A stretch of 55,667 nucleotides of DNA from positions 1 through 55,667 of IMG/VR virus record IMGVR_UViG_3300023171_000315. One strand, 5' to 3'. The position numbers and the translations under genes were made by a program. The DNA comes from a virus (lineage: Duplodnaviria; Caudoviricetes). Under the pieces are notes generated by a model. The model ran no database searches. It had not been told where the DNA came from and saw nothing but the letters and a program-made list of their open reading frames with translations. Shown in pieces: positions 9,893 through 19,624 of this stretch. The first letter of the stretch is position 1; every line of letters begins with the position of its first letter.

Positions 9893-10392
9893 TATGGATT
9901 TGTATTTATTAACTGTCCTTTTGTTGATGTAATGAGCACTCCTGTTTTAGTTGTCAGGAATGCGTATGGTTTAAGTAAGCTTGGAACAGGTTCCCTAAAT
10001 GTCACTTCGTATTTAGCACCGATTTTAGTCGAACCTTTTATTGGACTAAGCCGCCTGAATGAAGGTGATTTAACATAGTACAAGAAGAAAGACCGGCTTA
10101 GTTCTTCTACGTACAATCTCTTTGTGCCAGGTGATCTGATCGTGTTGATGAACGTATTATAGTTGTTCCAAAAATCAGTCTCACTATAAGCCACTATTGC
10201 CATTTTCAAAGTGATTTCACGATCTTTGAAAAGCAAGGGTTGTGAAAGATCAACTTCAACACCATTAAGTTCTGGCCAAGCATATTCATCTATTGGTTTT
10301 GTCTCAGGTAATTGCAAAAAGTCGTCACTGCCAGATTCGACAATAACTCCAATGCTTTCTAAATCAATCCCATTTAAATAATATTTGCTCAT
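9892..10392 (-). CDS. Distal tail (Dit-like) protein
   Basis: Immediately downstream of the tape measure gene; W.E.NG.EVDL motif seen in Bacteroidota siphophages. Confidence 0.65.
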   Translation of the reverse strand: MSKYYLNGIDLESIGVIVESGSDDFLQLPETKPIDEYAWPELNGVEVDLSQPLLFKDREITLKMAIVAYSETDFWNNYNTFINTIRSPGTKRLYVEELSRSFFLYYVKSPSFRRLSPIKGSTKIGAKYEVTFREPVPSLLKPYAFLTTKTGVLITSTKGQLINTNP

Positions 10393-10395
10393 AAC

Positions 10396-13300
10396 TTATG
10401 GCTTGATACCTCCTGCGCTCTGTAAAGGACTATAACCGTTTGAGCCTTTAGCCATTGCCAAAATCCCTGCTTCAATGTTAGCCAGTCGATCAGTATTGTT
10501 TGCAGTCCTAAGTGTATTTGCCTCAATTTTCACTTGTATAGCAAAGCTATCTAATGCGGTTAGGTATAAATCGCCCAAGGATTTACCAATAGGAGCAAGT
10601 AAAAGATTCGTTTGAAGCTGAGCTAGTCTCATGCCGCCTGTTTGACCTGCTAATAAGGTTATGCTTTCTTGAGAGGCAGCCGAATAAGCACCTTTAAGAG
10701 AATTGCTAGAATTGCCTGCCCCAGTCAAATCAATACCAGTAGCTTTACTCAATGCATCTAAATCAGCTTTAGCTTTGGTACTGGCAGCTAAGTAAGATAT
10801 TCTTAAAGTATCTATTTCGTCTTTGGTTAAACCTCCCTGAGATAACTCAGCGAATTGAGTATAAAAAGCCTGCAATTGTTTTCTGATCAACTCACCTTTG
10901 AAACCGTTTAGTAAACTTTTTTGAATCGTTTCTTCAAAGGTTTTACCGAAATCCTGAGTTCCATCAGTAAGTGTTTTAATAAAATCATCTGCAACCTCGG
11001 CAAGTGAAGTTCCAACAACCTCTTGCCTTAAACTATTTACCAATTCCTCAGCTGTTTGTTTAGCTTTTAATAGATTGGTGACAATCGTAGAAGTATTTGC
11101 ATCAAGCTTACCTTCATCGAGCAAACGTTGAAGTGAGTTGATATCGGAAGGTAACTTTAACTTATCTAAGGCAGCTTGATTTGCTTTAACAAAGGCATCA
11201 ACAGAAAGACCAAAAACACCTGTTCCCTCCCCGTTATTAATTTTAGTTAGAACGTCGTCCAACTGCTTATTGCCTGATAAAGAATATTTGGAAGTAAGCT
11301 GACTCGCATACTTCGCCTGATTATCTTGCGCCTGCTTAATTGCTTCGCTATAATTGGAAATTCTTTCAGTACCATAAACATCATTGAGCAATGCAATCTG
11401 TCTCTCCAATGCTTTATTTAAAGCTTCGGTTTGCTTGTTTTGCAAATCCCTTGAGTACGCCGCTTGTTCTTCACGTTGAGCTGATTTATCGAATAAACCA
11501 ACAATCCCTTGGAAGATTGACATTCCAGCCGCAAAAATTCCTAAGCCTGAACTTAACTGGCCAAACACATCGCCTTTGCCTTGAGCAATTTTTAGGCTTG
11601 CCATACTGCTCTTGATATTGCCTACCTGACCAAGTACATTTCCAAGTGTGCTTAAAACCTTACCAAACTCCTCGTCTAACTTTCCAACCTCGGAAGCAAC
11701 CCCATCAACTTGACGAGCAAGATCGATAAGCGCCTGGCCAGATCCGTTCCGAATGGTATTTTCGACCTCATTAAAATATTGATTGATTTCAGCGATTTGT
11801 TTTGGGTCAACAATTTTACCAGCCTTAATCTGCTTAGCTAAATCTACCCGAGCAGATTCTAGAAGCTTCATCGCGCTTTTCTTCGATAGATTCTCTATAC
11901 CAGTAAAGAGGTCACGATAAGAATCGATTTTCTTAGCGTTGGCATCATCCAATTGCTTTAGATCGGCAGTATATCGCTTTTCTCTCTCTTCAATAGCACC
12001 TGGATTATTTTCCATTGCCTGAATATCTCGCTGATAAGTTTCCGTTAAGTTTTTTCGCTTGTCAGCGTAACTCATGAATTCTTTGAGAAGAGCATCAGTT
12101 TTCTTTTGTTCTTCTTTAACCGCCTGATCGCTCGCCTCTGTAATTACCTTAAGCTGCTCGACCGCATATTCGCCAGGTCCATCATTACCACCTTTGGCTT
12201 TAGGATCTCCGTTAAGATTGTATTCTCTGTTTTTTAGATTTTGCAAATAGGTAGAATCAACGTCAATAAGCTTGGCGTATTTTGCTTTAGCTTTCTCAAT
12301 ACCGAAATCACTTTTATATTGCTCAAAATCAGCATATAAGGCCTTTTGAACTTCTAATTCTTTTTTAAGAGATTTGGCTTTATTCTCATCAGACTTTGCG
12401 CTTTTCTCCTCCGATTCGGCAACCTGAAGGCCAGAAAGATTGACTTTCAAACCTTTGTTTTTGATGGAATTGTTAAACGCTATAGCTTTATCGGTAAGCT
12501 TTTTATACTTCAATTCAATATCCAATAAATCTTGATCATCATCGGACTTCTGTTTTGCTCTACCTTTTTTCGTTAATGAATCTATTTCGGCCTGTAAAGT
12601 TCTTTGAGCGTTTAATGCTGTTTCAAGTTTTCTAGCTTCTGCCGTTTTCTTTTTATCGTCTTCAGGGATATTAGTTTCAGTTTGCACCCCTGCTGCTTTT
12701 TTATCCTTTTTTAACCCGTTATACTCACGTCTCAAAGCTGTTAAGACTTTTTGCTCATTATTATAATTTTTTATAGTGGTCTGAGTTGCGCCTAATTGAA
12801 TAGCCTGTTCGTAGGCTTTATCTCTCAGATTTGTCCTGTCTATTATAGCTTGTTTCTTCTTCTCGTCGTTGAGTAACCTAAAATTTTCTAACGCTCTTTC
12901 AACGACTGTTAATGACCCAAATCTTTTAGCTTCATCATCGACATTTGCTAATATTGCATTAACGCCTGTCCCACCTCCAATAGCTCTAGCAAGGAATGTT
13001 TTAATGGAACCAGAATTGAATAAAGACCCTATAGCTTTCACGGCTCCAGTTGCACTATCTACAATATATTTAAAGAAAGAAGCAATGTTTCCCTTAGTGG
13101 TTTCATTTGAAAAGGAATTGGATAATTTTTCTAATGAGGCGGCTAAATTTTCATTTTTTAGTTTTGCTTGTTCAGCGGCCAAAGTGGCCTCAGTAAAATC
13201 TCGAGTTGAATCTTGGATGTGACCATTTAATTCGGCTTGTCCAGCAGATAATGCTGCAATAGTTTGTGATACACCGCCTTGAGTTAATTTTAATGACTTC

Positions 13301-14637
13301 AATATATCATTAAATGACGTGGTTGTAGTTCCTCCCTTCGCAAGTCCTGCAAAAAACAAATCAAGCGCTTTCTTGGCGTCAGTATTAATTATATTGGTAA
13401 AGTCTTTTAATGTAAGGTTTGCGTCAGCTATTTTAGCAACAGCCAAGAATTTTTCTCTGTTGGTTGTTAATGCAGACAGTAAACGTTTAAAGGATGAACC
13501 TGCAACTTCCGCACTTACACCATTCTCCTGAAGTACAGCCCCGTATGAAAGAATAACCGGTAATGACAGTCCAGCCTGTTTTGCGATGCCACCGACACGC
13601 TCACTAAAATCAGCAAGATAATCACCCGTAGCTAGACCAGATTGACCCAATCCCAATATCGCAGATCCAATTTGATTTAGTGATTTTTCTACATCACCTC
13701 CATTGGATTGAGTTACTTTAAAGATATTATCAAGCACACCTAAGGACTTGGCAATACCTTCCGCGCCTCCATCGAGCTCTCCAGACAAGGCAACTGCTAA
13801 TTGATCTATTGCCTTTGTAAATCCTGCCAGTTGATCTTTTGCAATACCTAATTGACCACCAATAGCAGAAATTTCAAGTAAACCTTTTAATGATGTTCTT
13901 GTATCAATTTTTTTTAACTGCTCAGCAAGATTTTCAGCTTCAGCAGCAGTTAATCCAGCTGTACGACGAACATCAGCAAGTGAATCTGATATCTGAGCAT
14001 TGGTATCTAAAATTTGTTTGGCACCTGCGAGCAATGCGGATCCTGTTACGAATCCAGTTAAGAATCTGCTTAAACCTTCATAAGCTTTTTGATAATTACC
14101 AACATTACGTTGAAAATTACCCATCTGAGCATCAAATGCTTTGAGTCGGTCGTTTAAATCGTTGTATTCTTTAATTTGAGCCCTAAGAGTTGGCGACATT
14201 CCTGCCATTCCAATCGAGGTAGATTTAATCTGTATTCCTAATTCCTTAAGTCGTTTCTGCGCTTCGTTATATGATCCTGCGACATCCTGCGCTGCCTTTC
14301 TAGCTTCTCTGGCTTCTTTGGTTAGCTTCTGTTGCTCTAATCTATTTTCAACAAGTTTTTTTGTTAATTCAGCGGTTTCTGATCCGGTTTTTACCCTTGC
14401 ATTTCTAAACTCTTGTTCTTCTTTTTTAAGAGCAGCAAGTTCTAATCTCGATTTGCGTAATTCCTCTTGGAAAGCTAATTGAGAGTTTTTAAAAGCAGCA
14501 CTTTGAGCCGAATTAGTCGTGATGTTTAAATCCTTGTATATCTTTTGAAGTTCAAGGGCATTCTTCTTAGCTTCGTTGATATCCAACCTTGCCGTAAAAT
14601 TCAAACCTCTATCCCCGCTAACTCTTGATTTTGCCAT
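10396..14637 (-). CDS. Tape measure protein (likely start MAKSRV at 14637)
   Basis: About 1400 aa, helical, Ala/Leu/Lys-rich, with the TP901-type core (ADVRRTAGLT...IDTRTS...GGQLGI). Confidence 0.92.
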   Translation of the reverse strand: MAKSRVSGDRGLNFTARLDINEAKKNALELQKIYKDLNITTNSAQSAAFKNSQLAFQEELRKSRLELAALKKEEQEFRNARVKTGSETAELTKKLVENRLEQQKLTKEAREARKAAQDVAGSYNEAQKRLKELGIQIKSTSIGMAGMSPTLRAQIKEYNDLNDRLKAFDAQMGNFQRNVGNYQKAYEGLSRFLTGFVTGSALLAGAKQILDTNAQISDSLADVRRTAGLTAAEAENLAEQLKKIDTRTSLKGLLEISAIGGQLGIAKDQLAGFTKAIDQLAVALSGELDGGAEGIAKSLGVLDNIFKVTQSNGGDVEKSLNQIGSAILGLGQSGLATGDYLADFSERVGGIAKQAGLSLPVILSYGAVLQENGVSAEVAGSSFKRLLSALTTNREKFLAVAKIADANLTLKDFTNIINTDAKKALDLFFAGLAKGGTTTTSFNDILKSLKLTQGGVSQTIAALSAGQAELNGHIQDSTRDFTEATLAAEQAKLKNENLAASLEKLSNSFSNETTKGNIASFFKYIVDSATGAVKAIGSLFNSGSIKTFLARAIGGGTGVNAILANVDDEAKRFGSLTVVERALENFRLLNDEKKKQAIIDRTNLRDKAYEQAIQLGATQTTIKNYNNEQKVLTALRREYNGLKKDKKAAGVQTETNIPEDDKKKTAEARKLETALNAQRTLQAEIDSLTKKGRAKQKSDDDQDLLDIELKYKKLTDKAIAFNNSIKNKGLKVNLSGLQVAESEEKSAKSDENKAKSLKKELEVQKALYADFEQYKSDFGIEKAKAKYAKLIDVDSTYLQNLKNREYNLNGDPKAKGGNDGPGEYAVEQLKVITEASDQAVKEEQKKTDALLKEFMSYADKRKNLTETYQRDIQAMENNPGAIEEREKRYTADLKQLDDANAKKIDSYRDLFTGIENLSKKSAMKLLESARVDLAKQIKAGKIVDPKQIAEINQYFNEVENTIRNGSGQALIDLARQVDGVASEVGKLDEEFGKVLSTLGNVLGQVGNIKSSMASLKIAQGKGDVFGQLSSGLGIFAAGMSIFQGIVGLFDKSAQREEQAAYSRDLQNKQTEALNKALERQIALLNDVYGTERISNYSEAIKQAQDNQAKYASQLTSKYSLSGNKQLDDVLTKINNGEGTGVFGLSVDAFVKANQAALDKLKLPSDINSLQRLLDEGKLDANTSTIVTNLLKAKQTAEELVNSLRQEVVGTSLAEVADDFIKTLTDGTQDFGKTFEETIQKSLLNGFKGELIRKQLQAFYTQFAELSQGGLTKDEIDTLRISYLAASTKAKADLDALSKATGIDLTGAGNSSNSLKGAYSAASQESITLLAGQTGGMRLAQLQTNLLLAPIGKSLGDLYLTALDSFAIQVKIEANTLRTANNTDRLANIEAGILAMAKGSNGYSPLQSAGGIKP

Positions 14638-14767
14638 AATAAACAAAAATACCCAACTACCTAGGGGGTGGCGGTTGGGTGCGTTTACTTGGGGTATTTG
14701 GTAAGAAAAATTTATATTTGGAAATATGTTCACGAACCATTAGCTTAGGGAAAAATTAATCTCTCAA

Positions 14768-15328
14768 TTGAAAACAATCGGACACCACACATGTAATAAT
14801 ATCGGAGGTGAAGAAAAAATTCTGGAACAATCTCCATTTCTTTCCGAAAAAGATAGATTTGGTAATGCACCTTTTTTAGGATTTGGATACTATTATTGGG
14901 ACAACAATATAGATCAAGCCCACATTTGGGGTAAAACTCGATGTAAAAATAATTATGTTATTGTCAAGTCCGAGTTAACTTTAGAAGGAAGGGATTTTTT
15001 AGATCTAGTCGGCAATCGAGCTGATATGATTGAGTTCGTAGCCTTACATGCAAAACTTTCTGCAGAGCATAATAATGGAAAGCAATGGCCTCTTGGCAAA
15101 TTCATTGAATTTCTTAGAAAATTAAACACAACAAAATATAAAGGTATATTTCCTTGGAAAGTAAGCAGAGCTGTCGATTTGAAAAGTGTATCTTCCATCA
15201 AACCTTCTGCTTTTAATTTTGTTTACAAGAAGGATAACTATACGGATTTGAATCCTTGTATCGTTATTTGTTTATACGAAAAAAACGATGTAATTTTGCA
15301 GTCCAAAATTTTGATTAATCAAAATTGA
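14768..15328 (+). CDS. Putative ADP-ribosyltransferase-fold toxin (CmdT-like)
   Basis: GHHT near the N-terminus and FLGFGYYYW resemble the HGT / WLGxGxYF motifs of ART toxins; first gene of a three-gene operon ending in SecB. Confidence 0.55.
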   Translation: MKTIGHHTCNNIGGEEKILEQSPFLSEKDRFGNAPFLGFGYYYWDNNIDQAHIWGKTRCKNNYVIVKSELTLEGRDFLDLVGNRADMIEFVALHAKLSAEHNNGKQWPLGKFIEFLRKLNTTKYKGIFPWKVSRAVDLKSVSSIKPSAFNFVYKKDNYTDLNPCIVICLYEKNDVILQSKILINQN

Positions 15329-15336
15329 TTATAAAT

Positions 15337-15681
15337 ATGAAAACTCAACTATCCCCATTAGAATTACTTGAAAAATTTTTCAATGATAATTCCAAAGATG
15401 CTATTAAAGCAATCTTAAGTGAGTTTGATGAAAAATCTTTCGATGGACCATCTGTCGAAGATTACTTTAACAACTTCCACAAAGAATTTGAAACCTTTCA
15501 TAATGTCAACTTTACCTGTGAATACAGTAAAATGGATAAATTGAACGACATAAAGGATTATCTTAAAGAAATCCATATGAAAGATTTGTTCACATATAGA
15601 AACTCAGTAACAGTTAAGAGTGCTAAGGCTGAATTTAAAAGCGAGGCAGAAATTCCACCAACTTATAGTCAAGCTGCTTAA
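15337..15681 (+). CDS. Putative antitoxin of a toxin-antitoxin-chaperone module
   Basis: Small acidic protein between the toxin-like and SecB-like genes; C-terminus YSQAA. Confidence 0.5.
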   Translation: MKTQLSPLELLEKFFNDNSKDAIKAILSEFDEKSFDGPSVEDYFNNFHKEFETFHNVNFTCEYSKMDKLNDIKDYLKEIHMKDLFTYRNSVTVKSAKAEFKSEAEIPPTYSQAA

Positions 15682-15682
15682 T

Positions 15683-16132
15683 ATGGCAAAAATACAGTTA
15701 TTAAATGTTCAGTTCCCAGAAGTTAATATGGAAACAGATTCATTTGATCCTCACATAACCGACAATATAAGCGAACCAAAATTCGGTGTAAATTGCTTAA
15801 CATCTAAAGCAAATTCTAAGAGTTTTGCCATTAAGTTTGATATTGGGTTGAAAAATGAGAACAGGAATTTTTCATTAAAGATAACCTCCGTAGCACATTT
15901 TGAGTCTGATGAAGACCTTGACGATGGATTTCTAACTTCAGATTTTGTTGTAGTAAATGCTCCTGCTATTGCTTTCCCATATGTGAGGGCATTTATTTCC
16001 AACTTCATACTTTCAAGTGGCTTTAGCCCTGTTTTTTTGCCAACTTTTAATTTTATGGCAATGGCGTCAGCAAGAAAAGAAAAGGAGCTTAAAGCAAAAG
16101 CATCGCCTAGGCAATTAAAGAAAAAAAATTAA
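15683..16132 (+). CDS. SecB-like chaperone (likely start MAKIQ at 15683)
   Basis: NAPAIAFPYVRAFISNF...P..LP.FNF is the SecB signature. Confidence 0.85.
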   Translation: MAKIQLLNVQFPEVNMETDSFDPHITDNISEPKFGVNCLTSKANSKSFAIKFDIGLKNENRNFSLKITSVAHFESDEDLDDGFLTSDFVVVNAPAIAFPYVRAFISNFILSSGFSPVFLPTFNFMAMASARKEKELKAKASPRQLKKKN

Positions 16133-16136
16133 CACC

Positions 16137-16170
16137 AAAGCCCCCGCCAAAAACGAGGGCTTTTATTTTT
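16137..16170. terminator. Probably bidirectional intrinsic terminator
   Basis: AAAGCCC...GGGCTTT hairpin with T tract between convergent genes. Confidence 0.7.
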
Positions 16171-16310
16171 TAGAATACATCCGCTGCATCACGCTCTTCC
16201 AATTTTGGTTCTGGACTTGTTGAATTTTCTTCTTCAGCGGATGTCATTGCCGATAAATAAGTCATGTACTTAACAAAAGTACATTCCCATAATAGTTGAT
16301 GTTCGGACAT
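16170..16310 (-). CDS. Tail assembly chaperone, downstream ORF (gpT-like)
   Basis: MSEHQLLWECTFVKYMTYLSAM...; follows the chaperone gene in the -1 frame, upstream of the tape measure gene. Confidence 0.45.
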   Translation of the reverse strand: MSEHQLLWECTFVKYMTYLSAMTSAEEENSTSPEPKLEERDAADVF

Positions 16311-16363
16311 AAAACCTTTAAGGTGCCTGCCAAAGGAAATTATACCAGAATGTGGGAGGCTAT

Positions 16364-16882
16364 CTACTCTCTCCCGTCTAGCGGACTTGCGCTTGGATTG
16401 AGGATTTGCACTGTTCCCCTTGCCAAGACAATAGAATTCAAAAAAGACTGCATACCCATGTGATCGAGCGCTTGAAAAAAGCAATCATAAAGGTTATCTA
16501 CAATAAAATTGTTGTTGATAAATCTGATTAGGTTTTCATCGGGTTCATGCTCATTGTTCTGAATTGAACATGCAACGATATATGTTACATCTGCAATATG
16601 ATCTTTTATAATTGGAATTATCGTATCGAACGTAGCTTCCCCATATATTTCAGTGGGTAACAATAAAGCCCTATTCGCAATACGGAACATGTTGCCTACA
16701 ACACAGCTTGTAATTACAATTTCCCTTTGATTTTCTACCTCACGCAATGGTTTTCTTAATATTTTATCAAGTAAACTACGCTTAGGTAAAGGATCAGGCG
16801 AAATAATAGGAATAATCAATTTAAATGGCTTTTTTCCAATTAAACTTTCTACAGCCTCTGATATATTTTGTTGATCAGTCAT
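16364..16882 (-). CDS. Tail assembly chaperone (gpG-like)
   Basis: Position between major tail protein and tape measure genes. Confidence 0.6.
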   Translation of the reverse strand: MTDQQNISEAVESLIGKKPFKLIIPIISPDPLPKRSLLDKILRKPLREVENQREIVITSCVVGNMFRIANRALLLPTEIYGEATFDTIIPIIKDHIADVTYIVACSIQNNEHEPDENLIRFINNNFIVDNLYDCFFQALDHMGMQSFLNSIVLARGTVQILNPSASPLDGRE

Positions 16883-16897
16883 AAAATTATTAGATAT

Positions 16898-16928
16898 TAA
16901 AAAGGCCTAACAGAATGCCAGGCCTTTT
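16898..16928 (-). terminator. Intrinsic terminator after the major tail gene
   Basis: AAAAGGCCT...AGGCCTTTT inverted repeat. Confidence 0.65.
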
Positions 16929-16946
16929 CATATGAATATTTAAGGT

Positions 16947-17762
16947 TTAAGCAATTGTTGCTGTAACCTGAGTTGTTGATGAAGTTTCAACACCTGCACT
17001 ATCTACTGCTGTTAATCTGAAAACATATACACCAGTTACTAATCCGCTAACTGAATTGCTCAATGCACCAGGTGTTGCCATTACTGCTTGAGATGGACCA
17101 GATTCTTGTGTCCAATATTGAGAAATAATTGTTTTACCTGCTGCTGGAGTTGCCGTACCAGTTAATACTTTTGGATTGGTAGTTGCAGTACTGTTTGTTC
17201 CTGCCGATACTGTTGCAGGATTTGCGTTGATTGGCGCACCATTAGCATCGAACCATTGTTTGATTGCAATCGCTTCTTTACCGTCAATGGTCATGAAACC
17301 TTTTAATTCTCCAGTAATTACAAATTTCTCAACGTTGTTAAAAGTTAATGGATCCGCTGTTCCTAAAGTTGCATCGATGTTTGGAATGGTGATGATTGCT
17401 TTCTTTCCGTTCTTCAATGATGTAAAGATTTGCAAAGCGATGTTTGCCACTTTTCTTTGCGCAAGCTCCGTGATAGTTGAAGTTGCAGGATCGTAAACAA
17501 CATTCGACATTAAAGCCTCAACTTTTGGATGCTGATCCAACAGTGAAATTGAAATCTGATCAGGATTACCAGGTGTTGAGAAAGTAACGTAAGAAGCAGA
17601 TTTACCATCAGCGATGATACGCTCTAATGTATCTACGTTTTTTGTTCTGGTAAATGTACCTGGAGCAATGTTATCCAACTCAAACATGTTAGACAATACT
17701 GATGTGTTGGATGCTGGACCAATAAGGACTTTATCGAATCCGGCAATTGTGTATTTTTCCAT
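16947..17762 (-). CDS. Major tail protein with C-terminal PKD/Ig-like domain
   Basis: Position; C-terminal WTQESGP...GLVTGVYVFRLTAVD is a PKD-type pattern. Confidence 0.75.
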   Translation of the reverse strand: MEKYTIAGFDKVLIGPASNTSVLSNMFELDNIAPGTFTRTKNVDTLERIIADGKSASYVTFSTPGNPDQISISLLDQHPKVEALMSNVVYDPATSTITELAQRKVANIALQIFTSLKNGKKAIITIPNIDATLGTADPLTFNNVEKFVITGELKGFMTIDGKEAIAIKQWFDANGAPINANPATVSAGTNSTATTNPKVLTGTATPAAGKTIISQYWTQESGPSQAVMATPGALSNSVSGLVTGVYVFRLTAVDSAGVETSSTTQVTATIA

Positions 17763-17795
17763 AATTTGATTAAATCTTGGTGCTCAATTGAGCGA

Positions 17796-18233
17796 TTAAA
17801 TATTTTTAAAATTTCTTTGTGATGCTTGGTACCTAAATCTTAGATTTGCAAAATAGCTTCCATCGGTGTCTTGCATGATAACTGGTAAACTCTCAATCCA
17901 ACATTCAAAATCATTGCCTTTATAGCTATCCACACGTTTCTTTACTGCTTTCGCTAAATTACTTAGGGTCGCTTGATCGGGCAATTGAACTGGCTTATTG
18001 TCGACGGTTGATATTATTGCAGGAGCGTAGCAATTAATAGATCCAAAGCCGATTTGCTCAGCTGTATTACTAATGGATGGGCAATTTACCACGATACCTT
18101 TTTTACTGGCACCAGTGCTCTTAATACTTGGTTCTACTTTACCTCCATCAAGCATTGCTTGAATAGATGCTACGTTAATTAATGCGCGAACATCGGTAAC
18201 TACATCAAACCCATCTTTATAAACTGTTTCCAT
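17796..18233 (-). CDS. Tail terminator/completion protein
   Basis: Synteny in the neck module. Confidence 0.5.
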   Translation of the reverse strand: METVYKDGFDVVTDVRALINVASIQAMLDGGKVEPSIKSTGASKKGIVVNCPSISNTAEQIGFGSINCYAPAIISTVDNKPVQLPDQATLSNLAKAVKKRVDSYKGNDFECWIESLPVIMQDTDGSYFANLRFRYQASQRNFKNI

Positions 18234-18664
18234 TATTGCAACGCCGTTTTTAATTCAGTTTCGAAATAAGCATAAGAACCACTGATAACATCTTTTCCTT
18301 TAGCTTCTACATAATAAGCGTATTCTTCTCCTGCAACCAGAGCCATTGATAAACCTTCTCCCTCATCAATTAATTTTGCAACAAACAAAGCATAATCCTC
18401 TCCTACTGCCTGCCCTTCAGTTCCCGCCACCAAATCTTTGAAATAGGCTTCTACAACTTCACCGTTATAAATGATTAGGTAACCAATTGATGATCGAAGG
18501 TTCCAGGTGATGTTGTTAAACGTAGCCTTTGCAACTGCTCGCTCTACGAATGCTATACCAGACTGTCTGTAATGATCAACCAATTCATCAAACCATTCTT
18601 CAACATCATCATTAATGATTTTGTCAAGTTCATTGTAATCGAAATCAGCCGTTATAGTTATCAT
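18233..18664 (-). CDS. Neck protein (HK97 gp10-like)
   Basis: T.NLRSSIGY and AGEEYAYYVEAKG motifs. Confidence 0.65.
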   Translation of the reverse strand: MITITADFDYNELDKIINDDVEEWFDELVDHYRQSGIAFVERAVAKATFNNITWNLRSSIGYLIIYNGEVVEAYFKDLVAGTEGQAVGEDYALFVAKLIDEGEGLSMALVAGEEYAYYVEAKGKDVISGSYAYFETELKTALQ

Positions 18665-18993
18665 ACTTCTAATCTGTGAGAAAGTTGGCCTTTATAGACT
18701 GCTCGGATAATTCCTTCAAAATGCACATAGCCGTTGTAGGCATCAATAACCTTAACTGACTGATTGACCTGTGGAACTTCTCCAACATCACAACGAATTG
18801 TACCAACTTGCAAAACTTCGGTACTATCTTCATTTTTGAAGGTTTTGGTTGCACCATTACTTCCTAAATGAAACCTGCAAGGCGTTTGTTTTTCTTCTCC
18901 AGGTGCACCAGGTATTGGGTAGCCTTCAGGCCTTTGAGTCGCCTCTCCATCAGCCGTTCTCCATTTCAAAACATGCGGCCTCAAGTTTACCAT
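18661..18993 (-). CDS. Head closure/stopper protein
   Basis: Synteny, size and beta-rich composition. Confidence 0.5.
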   Translation of the reverse strand: MVNLRPHVLKWRTADGEATQRPEGYPIPGAPGEEKQTPCRFHLGSNGATKTFKNEDSTEVLQVGTIRCDVGEVPQVNQSVKVIDAYNGYVHFEGIIRAVYKGQLSHRLEV

Positions 18994-19304
18994 ATCTGCT
19001 TTTGCTTTACGGTCGGCTTTAATGGAGCGAAAGGATCAGCCATTTTCCACTTGCGATACAAGGCACTTACAATACCTTTATTATCGTTTGTGAACTTTAC
19101 CGAAACATCATCCTCCTTCATTTCGCTAACACTGATAGATTCCAAAAGAAGCGTCACATAAACCATATCCAAAGCCTTGCCCATTGCATCCACATCGTAT
19201 TGTGCAGCCCCATTGAGTTTTGCCTCATATAATGCTAAATCAATATCCGCTGATGTAAGGGATAAGTTTCTGGTTTTGGTTGTTAACGCTTCTTTTATGG
19301 TCAT
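18987..19304 (-). CDS. Head-tail adaptor (DUF6706-like)
   Basis: Synteny after the capsid gene; 105 aa. Confidence 0.5.
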   Translation of the reverse strand: MTIKEALTTKTRNLSLTSADIDLALYEAKLNGAAQYDVDAMGKALDMVYVTLLLESISVSEMKEDDVSVKFTNDNKGIVSALYRKWKMADPFAPLKPTVKQKQIW

Positions 19305-19624
19305 TATGCTTCTTCTACGTAACCAATACTGATTAAATGATCAATTCTATCCTGTGATAAATGACTGATCTCGGATTCATCATTGTATTCTTTAGAGAAA
19401 TCATCCTTATCACGGAACGATTTACCTTCAACTACTTTGAACTTTCCGCTACCTGCAGGTGGAGCAACAATCGCATCGTAAATACTATCAACTTGCTCAG
19501 CTGAATAACCTTTTTCATCAGCCAATAAGGCTTCTTTCAATTCAGCTTCGGTCTTACCGTCTGAATGAAGCGATCCGTAAGCTTTTACGGCCGCTTTAAG
19601 TGAGTTTTTATTGAAATTTTCCAT
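19304..19624 (-). CDS. Hypothetical head-associated protein
   Basis: Translationally coupled to the capsid gene. Confidence 0.45.
   Translation of the reverse strand: MENFNKNSLKAAVKAYGSLHSDGKTEAELKEALLADEKGYSAEQVDSIYDAIVAPPAGSGKFKVVEGKSFRDKDDFSKEYNDESEISHLSQDRIDHLISIGYVEEA

Noticed and set aside
14638-14733. N-terminal extensions of the tape measure (to 14733) and portal (to 30447) ORFs
   Set aside because: The extensions run across the conserved late-promoter elements; the downstream ATGs fit better.
16340-16385. Programmed -1 frameshift site in the tail chaperone genes
   Set aside because: The frames are compatible, but GGGAGAGAG before the TAG is not a canonical X XXY YYZ heptamer; left uncalled.
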